Shown: positions 41,401 through 51,847 of the stretch, piece by piece
Numbering within the stretch: position 1 is the first letter of the stretch
How the letters are laid out: each line of letters begins with the position of its first letter
Source of the DNA: Mobula birostris
Taxonomy: Eukaryota
DNA length: 64,000 nucleotides
NCBI RefSeq assembly: GCF_030028105.1
Contig: NC_092379.1
Location: 23,987,821-24,051,820, forward strand
Direction: 5' to 3'
Position numbers and translations under genes: made by a program
The notes under the pieces: generated by a model
Database searches by the model: none
What the model saw: only the letters and a program-made list of their open reading frames with translations
What the model was told of the DNA's origin: nothing

Positions 41401-43099
41401 CCACCTCCCGACAAGCCTCAGGGTCGCTCAACTCGCTGTCGTCGAGGGAAACATCCTTCGGCCCCGACCCCGTCAGCAAGCTCACAGCACCTTGTCCATT
41501 CTCTCTCTGTCCATCGTGCCTTCTCCCCAAAACCCGCGCATCACAATAACTTACAGACACAATAGAACAAAAATCACATCTATCCCAATTGGTTCGTTCA
41601 CGCTCTTATCAATAATATAACACAAACAACACCCAAATATATCCAAAAAGCCGGGTGGAGCCTGACATAGCTGGAACATTTATTCGCAGACACTACCTCA
41701 GAAACAGACCACTCTTTCCTCTCTCTCCCAACAGTATGGGCAGCCCCGAGTCCCTTCACCAGCTCGTCAGCGCTAGTCTGAAGTCGAACAGAGACCTCAC
41801 CCAACACGCATGCAGTAATAACCAGCAAATAACCGACAGAGACACATATTACTGATTTAATAGGGCAACCACGCATCACACTACTGAATACAATCCCGGA
41901 CAAAAGCGCCCAAATGTAGCCCCACTGGAAAGCCTCAGGGTCGCTCAACTGGCTGTCGTCTAGTGAAACAGCCCTCGGCCCCGCCAAACTGCGTAATTCA
42001 GCTTGTGTGGATGCTGTGATATTTACCGCACCGCGCCAAATAACAGACCACACCACACACAATTAAATGAATTACAATGTGTAGGTATTACTGGAACTAT
42101 ATAATTAATAGAGATAAAATATAAAAGGAAAATAAAAAGCGCCGCACTTATCAAAGTTCAATCTCTTCGTGCACAAACAGCCGAAGTTCTCGTAACAATA
42201 CTCTCTTCACCATTCGATACCCTCTGACCGCCTCGACCTGCCGCCAGGGACCAACCACGGTGGTCGACCAGACGCTCCACACGAGTCTGCCTCCGTCTCC
42301 ACTTCCCTCGCCGAAGACACTGGATCGCGGACTCCTGGTCGGGGTCCGACTCCGTCAGCAAGCTCACAGCACCTTGCCCATTCTCGCTTTGTCCATCTCG
42401 CCTTCTCCCAAAAACCCGCGCATCACAATAACTTACAGACACACTAGAAAGAATAACATCTATCCCAAAATATCGTTCGTTCTCTTATTAATAATATAGC
42501 ACAAACAACACCCAAACAAGCTGCTAGCGAGAGAACTTTCTCAGCAGTTAACATAACAAGGAAGCCATTTTAATTATAACATAACAAAGAAGCCATTTTA
42601 ATTAGCCTACGCAGTAACATAAAAGAAGAAACCTCTTACACTCTCACCCCACCAAATAAAGTCATGTCCTCATGACTTCCAAATAACTCGCCAAACAGTC
42701 ATACAGACACAAAAATCCAATCAGGGTACAAACAGTGACGTTGTTCCCCAAACAGTGGACTTTACGCCCGACCCACGGGCGCTGCATAGACCAACCTATC
42801 TGGGAGGTTCCTAATCCTCCGAGACCTCCATATCCCCTCATCTAAACCCTTAAGGCTCGGACACTACAGTGGTACCTCGGATCAGCTTGCCAAATCTTCT
42901 CTTAATCCCTCACTCATGTCTCCACTGCAACCCGCTTCTTTTCCTTCCTGGTCCTGCTGTAACCTAGGCTGCCCACGGCTAGCCCTTCCCACTACACCTG
43001 ACTCAGTGGGAGAGGAGCCAAAGGTCTGTTCCTCAATCACGGGGAAGTTAGCGAAAGCCGCATATACCACATGACCAGCACATCATCCTTCGAATCCGT

Positions 43100-43590
43100 A
43101 TTCTTCCTTATTCCCTCGATCGGTAGCTGCTGTTTGAGTTTCTCCAAACTAAAGCATTTAGCCGGGGCTGCCTCTGCAGTCTCTTCAACTTCCTGCAGTC
43201 GAGACATCATGTTCTTCTTGGAATACTCCACTTCATTTAAACTGTCGATAGTCATCTCAGGTTCCTTTCAAGCGTCCGCTTCCCTTTTCCGAGATCTGTC
43301 CTCAATTGCTTCACCTCCTCGGAAATGTAGTCAAACTCCCCTCTCTGGGCTCTCCATTTTCTGTTGGCCTAGTTCAGAAAGCTTCCTTTGTCTTCCCCAA
43401 ATTGTAAGTGTTTCAATCTTTTATGGATCGATTTCTTGAGTTTCTGCTGATCCTTTCGAATGTGGGTCATTGTTTCGTCTCTCTGGATTAATACCTCAGT
43501 ACATGACCGCAATGCTCGCTCGGAATTCCGTTTGACGACCTGGGTTTCCATCCCCAGGTCCTCAACCGTCTGTTCCAACACCAGGAAATT
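43100..43590 (-). pseudogene. Intronless fragment of sarcomeric myosin heavy-chain rod (copy 2)
   Basis: [45 protein letters not shown], then a frameshift, then [44 protein letters not shown]. Confidence 0.75.
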
Positions 43591-44013
43591 CAACTGGTAT
43601 GTCGGGTCATTTTTCCCGGATTACACCAAACTCCGCCGGCCAGAAACTACTCCACATTTTACACGTCGTTCGGTCGCTTTTCCCCGAACTACCTCTTTCT
43701 CCAGACCTGGCACTCGTCCAAAGAAATTTTTAATTCTCTCTCTGTCCATCGCGCCTTCTCCCCAAAAACCCGCGCATCACAATAACTTACAGACACACCA
43801 GAAACAATAACATCTACCCCGATTCGTTTGTTCGTTCCCTTATCAATAATATAACCCAAACACCCAAACAAGCTGCTAGAGAGGGAACTTTCTCAGCAGT
43901 TAACATAACAAAGAAGCCACTTTAATTATAACAGTACAACGAAGCTATTTTAATTAGCCTACGCTGTAATATAAAAGAAGAAACCCCTTACAGGAGGGAC
44001 CCAGCTTCTCTCA

Positions 44014-44066
44014 CACCGTGCCACCCAGTATTGTAGTAACAGATATACATCACCATACGATAAACT
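44014..44066 (-). pseudogene. D1-like segment downstream of V2
   Basis: Minus strand: AGTTTATCG - 12 nt - degenerate heptamer - ACTACAATACTGGGTGG - CACGGTG. It lies about 355 bp from the V RSS. The repeat complex begins 21 nt past the 3' heptamer, where the nonamer of a 22/23-RSS would sit. Confidence 0.5.
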
Positions 44067-44421
44067 CCACCCCTCTCACTTATTTCCAGCACAGTCACTC
44101 CTCCGTGAAACCGCACTAGATCAGCAAAGTGCTACTGATCCGTAATGTTTCTCATAGTCCGACCATTTACTGTGACGTGTAGTTGAAGGACTGCTACCGG
44201 ACCAGGTCATTCAGAGACTCCATTCCCTCTCACGGCGTTTGGCTCCGAGCTCCTTTCTGCAGTTTCGCTGAGCCCATACAGCATCTCACTCAGGAATCCC
44301 CGCTGACAATGTGTCTTCCATTGCATGGACGAAAGAACGTGTGCAGGAAGTCTGGAATACAGTTGTAGCCATCACTGCCTGCACATTCCCACATGGCGCT
44401 AAGGGCTGGCACTGTCGCTAG

Positions 44422-44460
44422 GATTTTTGTCGCAGTTCAGATCCGGTCCCTCTCACTGTG
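44422..44460 (-). promoter_or_regulatory. 23-bp-spacer RSS of V2
   Basis: CACAGTG - 23 nt - ACAAAAATC. Confidence 0.95.
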
Positions 44461-44927
44461 TCTCCCGCACAGTAATAGGTGGCCGTGTCGTCCAGTTTGA
44501 AATCATTCATTTCCAGATAAAAATGTTGCTGCTGTACTTGGAAGCGGTGAACCGGCTCTGGACTCCAGGCGCGTAATACTTGCGGTAACCATCTGTTCTA
44601 TACGCTACCAAGTACTCCAGCCCTTTCTCGGAAACCTGTTTCACCCAGCTAATGTAGTAGCTGTTGATCTTGAACCAACTGACTGCACAGGACAGCCTGT
44701 GGGACTGTCCGAGCTTTCCCACGGCTGTATTGGGCTGTGTCAGCACGATGTTGGACCACACGTCTGTCAATAAAAAAAAAAAAAAAGAGCAGACGTTAAT
44801 AAAATATTGCACGGACATAGGTTCAGATATTCTCCGAGAAACTGGCAGTCCAGGTTGGGCGAGAACCCGCGGGACACCTACTTGCCAGACAAGACAGGAG
44901 GAGACAGAGATAAGGAATGACCCCCGT
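44461..44927 (-). pseudogene. IgW-family VH pseudogene (leader exon 44882-44927, intron 44764-44881, V exon 44461-44763)
   Basis: The leader begins ACG instead of ATG (TGVIPYLCLLLSCLANVWS). NIVLTQP...SHRLSCAVS...WVKQVSEKGLEY...YAPGVQSRFTASK is followed by a frameshift in a T-run (about 44519-44523), then YLEMNDFKLDDTATYYCAG. Confidence 0.92.
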
Positions 44928-45279
44928 CGCTCTGAGTTCTGAGCCAGAAGAGGACACTTTTAAGATCGCCACCTTCAGCTCAGGCCGCCTTTGTCCGGAG
45001 TCTCAGAGCGCTGTTTAATTAGGGACGTGGGCTGTGACTGAGAGAGACAGAGCCGCGGAATAAACAGACTCTCACACACTGAAACCAGAGGCGTGGCTTC
45101 CTGTTCCCACCACCCGCAGAGAATTCAGTTCCCCAAAATATGTTTGTCGCTATAGAAGAGAAAGGGCAGTGGTACAGACCAGATCTGAAATGAAGATCTG
45201 TCACACTGTTTTCAATTCATCAATTTCACTGTTCAATAGAATGTGTAAACGGAAACACAGAGAATCGCGGGAGGAGCGA

Positions 45280-45600
45280 AGGGCAGGCACCAGTACGTGG
45301 ACAGGTATTCCCGTGAGAGACAGGGACTGAGAGATATCAGTCTGTGAGACAGGAAGTGAGAGATAACTGTCAGTGGAAACATATCACGCTGGGCGACAGG
45401 GGCAGAGTGACACCAATCAGTGGACAGATATCTCCCTGAGATAAAGACTAATATAGACTAGTCAGTGCAGACCTATCTCCTGAGCGATCGGAACTGAGAA
45501 ACACCAATATGTGGATGGATATCCCGCTGAGAGTCATGGACTTCGGCACAAAAGTCAATGGACAGATGATCTCCTGAGGGACGCGGTCGGAGAGGATCCA
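45280..45600. repeat. About 46-bp tandem array upstream of V2
   Basis: GTGGACAGATA-like cores at about 45297, 45373, 45420, 45465, 45511 and 45557. Confidence 0.75.
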
Positions 45601-48600
45601 GGGTAGGAAAATGCATTAAGCAGCAATTGAGTGATCACACAATCTTCTGTCTGCAGCAATACAAGGATAATCAGTATTAAACGAAAATCCCTGGGTGGAA
45701 ATGTTTGTAATGTATACTGATGAGGAATGTTCTTGTTAAGAGGCTTAACAAATTAATTTGAACTCCAAGTTCTGGGCACATCACGCTTCACCACTGTTAG
45801 AAGACTCTCTGAACTGCCTTCGCCGGTGAGAGGAAAGAACATTTGATGCAGGGAGATCAGGAGCAGAGCAGAAACAGTTGTTTCTGGTCACACTGTACTC
45901 CTCAGCAGATTAGGAGACAAGGGCTGCAGAACGGGTTGATATTGAAAGAAAAGTCACCGGGGTGAACATCCAAGGCGCAGACCAGTAGACTGGATAAGGT
46001 TGTTTACACAACCCGATGACGGCGGTTCTGCGTGTACTAAATTTTGCATCCTCATTCAAATATAAACTGCTGTGATAGAATTACTAATGAGACCTAAGAT
46101 CACCCCTTCCAAGGTGATTTACAGTCGCTTAGCATCTTTCATGACTTTAGGACAAGCCAGAGCAAGTTCTGCAGAGAATGAAGAAATTTTTTGAAGTGGA
46201 GTCATTGTTGACAAGGAGGGAAGGTGTTACAAAATCCAACCTCTCTGAAGTAGTAATAACGTATAAATAGATCAGGCATTCTGCAGTGTTGGTTCAGGGG
46301 TCAATGTTGGAACAGATAGTGGTAACCTTTACAATCGTTTTCTGTAGCCATGGCAGGAATTAAAATGGCGAACATTGTTTCTTTCCTCCAAAGGGACGAC
46401 AACCCTGTCGTAGTGTCTGGAATATTACGTGCCTCAATGACCTAAAGATCTACGTATCTGGAGTCAGGACATTATGCTTTGGGTCTTTGCAGGATCATCC
46501 ATGTCAAACAGGTCAAAGGATAGAGGGCAGATTAAGAGTGGTCACTGCGCAGTGGTAAGAACCCCGACTGGTCAAAAATTATTCGGGAAACAGCAATGAA
46601 AGATCCTTGTTCAACGTATCTGTGAGCGACGGTGTTTCTGAGTCTCCTTATCGGATTTGCATGACTGACAGTGTTGAGAACCGCGAGGAAGCTACGGGTA
46701 CCATGAACGAAGCTATGAACATCGCCATGATAAATATCAAAATTGGTTTTCATAATGTACGAACTTGTCTGGCCTAGCATCCCTTCGATATGAGGCGGAA
46801 GTGAGGGCTCTGAACCACACCTGGAGCACAATAGTGAAGATGATGGAGGCAGACACTAAGTAGCCCAACGATACCAATGTGCCTGCCTTTGATCGTAGAC
46901 TTCCCGCTTGCATTTGCCGGTACAAATGCAATACCTTACCCTTCTGCAGATTAAAACCTGACCTCTAATTTCTCTGCCCAAGTGGTCTGTATCCAGCTGA
47001 GTCCACTTGGCAACATTTTTCGTCAGCCAAACCCTACAATATGTGTGTCTTCTGCAAACCTAATTAACCTAATCACTACACTTTGCCTTCCATAGCCAAG
47101 CCAACTTTACATCCAATTTATGAAGTCTCCATGGAACCCACGTGTCATAATCTTCTAGGTCAGTCTAACACCATGGATCTTGTCGGATTTATTATAGGAC
47201 ATGTAGACAGAATTCACTGCTCCAACCACACCACACATCTTCCTTATCCTTCAAAAAACATATTTCTTTTCAAAGGCATGCTCTCCTGTGCATAAAACCC
47301 TTCTGGCCAACATTAATCGGGCATACCGACTGTGTCAAACAGTGAGGCAAGATGTATCTTTCATGTATAATTACAGCAGGCACCTGTTGAGGTAATTGGC
47401 ATCGATCAGTGCTATAAGCAGTCGCCGATCCTATGATTACTTTTGTTGAGAATAAAATTCCTTGGACGGCAGCGTAGCACAATCTGTAACGTGGTTATCT
47501 CAGAGATCCAACGGGCGGCTTTCATTCATGACATCGGGTGTTGTCTGTGTGCACAGTTTCCTCGTTCTCTTTGTGATTTCCTGTTTTTGAGCCGGGTGAT
47601 CCGGATTACGCCAGATTCAAATAGCAATTTTAGCTCATTTGCTTTGGCTAACTGAAGCTGAAATAAAGTACTTCAATGCATACAAAGCCATGGTGCTGTG
47701 AAGTGGCGGATTCAATTTCATTGGTAGGGCGTTTAGTCCTAAAGCAGCACAGCTATTTCTTATATGTGATTGATTCTGAATTATAGAATGCAGATGTTGT
47801 AAGACTGAAAAAAAATATTTAAGGTGATTGAAAGCCAGCAGAATCTGGAGACACCACAGTACAAATAATGATTCACTGCGGTAAGTGAGATACTTGCATT
47901 ACCATTATCAGCGGTACAGTGCCGGATGGCAAACTCTGTGCTTTATTTATTATTATTTTCAAAGGAAAATCATGGAATAACAGAAAAGTGCATGTTTTAA
48001 CTAAGTTAATATGAGGATTCGGGGTTATCCTGATGCAACTTGAAGACATGATAAAGCACTATTCAATATCAAATCACACACCCGATTTAAAGAAAACTCA
48101 CTTACTTGGCACAACTGTCAGCTGAGTCCTGGCTCCAAATATTAGCTTCCTTCTGCGAAGTAAGAATGAGTTATTGAAAAATTTGCTAATTGACTAGAGA
48201 CCCCCATTAAAACATTGACATTAACGGCCTTTTGTGCTGTTTTCAAATCGCGGTCTGTCAGTTAATTTTAAATCTTTGCACTAATTGATAAAGCAAGTGT
48301 CAGCTGAAATTCTGTAACTTTGCAGCAAAGGGAGGGCTGTATTCGTATGGTAGCCGAAATTGACTTCAAACATAAACATAGGGATTTGAAACTTACAGAC
48401 AAGTCTGCCATCGCAGTACCAATGCCAAATGTGGTCTTAACAGTCGTGTGCAAGTAAATCATACAACAGCTGTCCTTCCAGAACACCCCAGTGAAGCAAA
48501 GGGACATTAAAAATAAAATCAAATCTGCATGTACTAGAAATCCAAGCAACACACAAAAATCTGGAGGAACTTAGCAGGCTAGGCAGCATCGATAGAAAAG

Positions 48601-50573
48601 TATGCAGTCATGCTTACGGGTCGATTCTCTTTGCAAATTGTTTCACAAATTTTCGAATTAAATACCAACTGTCATTTCCTTGCTCACTTTCTCAATGTAC
48701 CGCTTAAGGTAACCTAAGAGAATCTTCTTCACTCCTCACTACTGCACGAATTAGGGCATCACCTGTGACGGTGCCAGCTTTCCTTTCAAACAGGTATATT
48801 GGAGAACCAGATACAGAACTACGCTGAACAGAACTGATTACATGATTCCCAAGATATATAAAACCAATCACAGCTTCAACTTACTTCCATCGAGGAAACG
48901 CTTTATCAGTTTGCTATTTCACTTTGGATTCTTTGTTATGACCATAAGGCTTCGTTAACTTCATGTGGGCACCGGCCATCACTTTGCCCTCCTCATTCCA
49001 ATTGGTCACATCCACAAAAATCTAATATGACTTTTGAGGCATGAACTCCGAAAAAAAAAGATCATGCTTACTATTTAGATAACTCTATCCTGGGGGAAAA
49101 TGACTGTAGTTAGTTACAATATCAACCCTCCAGCAATAAGGCAAACCCTTAGCCTCCTATAATCTCAGCAGAAATAAAAACCTCATCCTATGCAACCCTT
49201 CTTATCACTGAAACACAACCCCTCCCTTTCCCCACATGTATTAGCAGCACCATTTCCAGCTTACTGTGTTTTGCATTAAACACACATTAGCAGTCCGACA
49301 GATTTTCCATATGTCCACAGAAATCCCTCAATTTCAGCAACTACGTTCTATTTCCTATGTATTGCAACTATGTGCTTCATCTTCAGTGCAATTTTTCTCG
49401 CCGAAATCCCACATACTATATATATGGTATGTTTGTCATTTGGAACTTGAACCCAGTCGAGGTGGTAGAATCAGTTGCAACGAATTATTTTCAGGGACGT
49501 TCAGTCAAAGGCTTGATGCAAGCCATCGCAAAAACGCTGTCCTTACTGCGGCAAATGGTATTCGTGCAGATGGGTCAGTTTATTGGAATGCACACGGGCA
49601 GTCGAAGGCTGATTTCCCTGCTATAGACGACTATGACTTGTCAGCTCTGTCCATAGTCATTCACTCCTAGTGTGGGCAAATGGTGCACGGGCCACGGTTT
49701 GAAAGGCGCCTGAGTGGGAAACGGAGTGGGCTTTTGATATTGATGCGACTGCTGTTGCTGTTCACTAGAATTTGTTGGCCGAATATATTTCTGTAGTGTT
49801 GTAGGAATATGGGAGGAAACCTGAAAGTACCATCAATTGTGAAATTTGGCATTGAATTTCAGACCAATGACTTATAATTAATTGCTCTGCACTGTTGTTG
49901 ACAGTGCCCTTCAGCACAACCTTTGTTGTGATTACTGATTTTAACATTCACGATGTGGCATTCACACTACCACTCCCATCCACTTTGACCAAATCAGCAT
50001 ATGCAGGCAATATAATACCATTGAACATCGTATTGTTTTACTCACTCGATTGTACGGTCAATTGAGTCCTATCATATAATATTTTCTGTGCATACACCAC
50101 ATTAACCCACCACTTAAAAGCCTACACCAAGATACCAAATGGCCACATTATAGGAACTATCTCCTTAATAATATACCAGAAGTAGTTCCTCCAATACCAG
50201 ACCACACCCCAAGTAGCTCCTCCAATACCACACCACAGGTTTCTTCTTTCTTTGATGAAATGCAACTTACAAATGCCTGTTTTTCATCGTAAGAAATTCT
50301 TCAATGTGAACGATTGTTTTAGTACACTTCATCCTAATTCAAGTGAGAACCAGAGTGGCAAATTCGACCCAAATGAGGCAAACTGCTACTGTTAGATCCG
50401 CCCCACCCTCTTCTGCGTAATTTGGAATGTCTCCCTCAAGGGAGCCACATCAATTTAACAGAAGTAGTATTAGTCGTAAAACAGGAATTCTGCAGATGCT
50501 GGAAATTCAAGCAACACACATCAAAGTTGCTGGTGAACGCAACAGGCCAGGCAGCATCTGTAGGAAGAGGTGC

Positions 50574-50609
50574 AGTCGACGTTTCAGGCCGAGACCCTTC
50601 GTCAGGACT
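50574..50609 (-). ncRNA. Minimal hammerhead ribozyme (intact core)
   Basis: Same sequence as 10434-10469. Confidence 0.8.
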
Positions 50610-51811
50610 AACTGAAGGAAGAGTGAGTAAGGGATTTGAAAGTTGGAGGGGGAGAGGGAGATCCAAAATGATAGGAGAAGACAGGAGGGGGAGGGATAGA
50701 GCCAAGAGCTGGACAGGTGATAGACAAAAGGGGATACGAGAGGATCATGGGACAGGAGGTCCGGGAAGAAAGACAAGGGGTTGGGGGGACCCAGAGGATG
50801 GGCAAGAGGTATATTCAGAGGGACAGAGGGAGAAAAAGGAGAGCGAGAGAAAGAATGTGTGCATAAAAATAAGTAACAGATGGGGTACGAGGGGGAGGTG
50901 GGGCCTTAGCGGAAGTTAGAGAAGTCGATGTTCATACCATCAGGTTGGAGGCTACCCAGACGGAATATAAGGTGTTGTTCCTCCCACAACTAAGCACATC
51001 TTTCCCTCCCCCCCCCTCTGCATTCCGCAGGGATCGCTTCCTACGCAACTCCCTTGTCCATTCGTCCCCCCCATCCCTCCCCACTGATCTCCCTCCTGGA
51101 ACTTATCCGTGTAAGCCGAACAAGTGCTACACATGCCCTTACACTTCCCTCCTTACCACCATTCAGGGCCCCAAACAGTCCTTCCAGGTGAGGCAACACT
51201 TCACCTGTGAGTCGACTGGGGTGATATACTGCGTCCGGTGCTCCCGATGTGGCCTTTTGTATATTGACGAGACCCGACGCAGACTGGGAGACCGCTTTGC
51301 TGAACATCTACGGTCTGTCCGCCAGAGAAAACAGGATCTCCCAGTGGCCACACATTTTAATTCCACATCCCATTACTATTCTGACATGTCTATCCACGGC
51401 CTTCTCTACTGTAAGGATGAAACCACACTCACGTTGGAGGAACAACACCTTATATTCCGTCTGGGTAGCCTCCAACCTGATGGTATGAACATTGACTTCT
51501 CTAACTTCCGCTAAGTCCCCACCTCCCCCTCGTACCCTATCTGTTATTTATTTTTATGCACACATTCTTTCCCTAACTCTCCTTTTTGTCCCTCTGTCCC
51601 TCTGAATATACCTCTTGCCCATCCTCTGGGTCCCCCGCCCCCACTTGTCCTTCTTCCCGGACCTCCTGTTCCATGACCCTCTCTTATCCCCTTTTGCCTA
51701 TCACCTGTCCAGCTCTTGGCTCTATCCCTCCCCCTCCTGTCTTCTCCTATCATTTTGGATCTTCCCCTCCCCCTCCAACTTTCAAATCCCTTACTCACTC
51801 TTCCTTCAGTT

Positions 51812-51847
51812 AGTCCTGACGAAGGGTCTCGGCCTGAAACTTCGACT
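51812..51847 (+). ncRNA. Hammerhead ribozyme copy with disrupted stem III
   Basis: AGTC-CTGACGA-...-GAAACTTC-GACT; the ACGT palindrome is changed to ACTT. Confidence 0.65.

Larger units (their letters stand above)
40563..43992. mobile_element. Rearranged LTR-like repeat complex with about 830-bp inverted arms
   Basis: TGTAAGGGGTTTCTTC at 40563 and its reverse complement ending at 43992; 40563-41400 is the inverted counterpart of 43160-43992. An internal LTR-like copy ends at 42640, preceded on the minus strand by the purine tract GGTGGGGTGAGAG (42641-42653). A partial copy lies at 41400-41640. Confidence 0.7.

Noticed and set aside
41598-42062. 154-aa hydrophobic ORF
   Set aside because: It lies in rearranged LTR-like sequence and has no recognisable domain.
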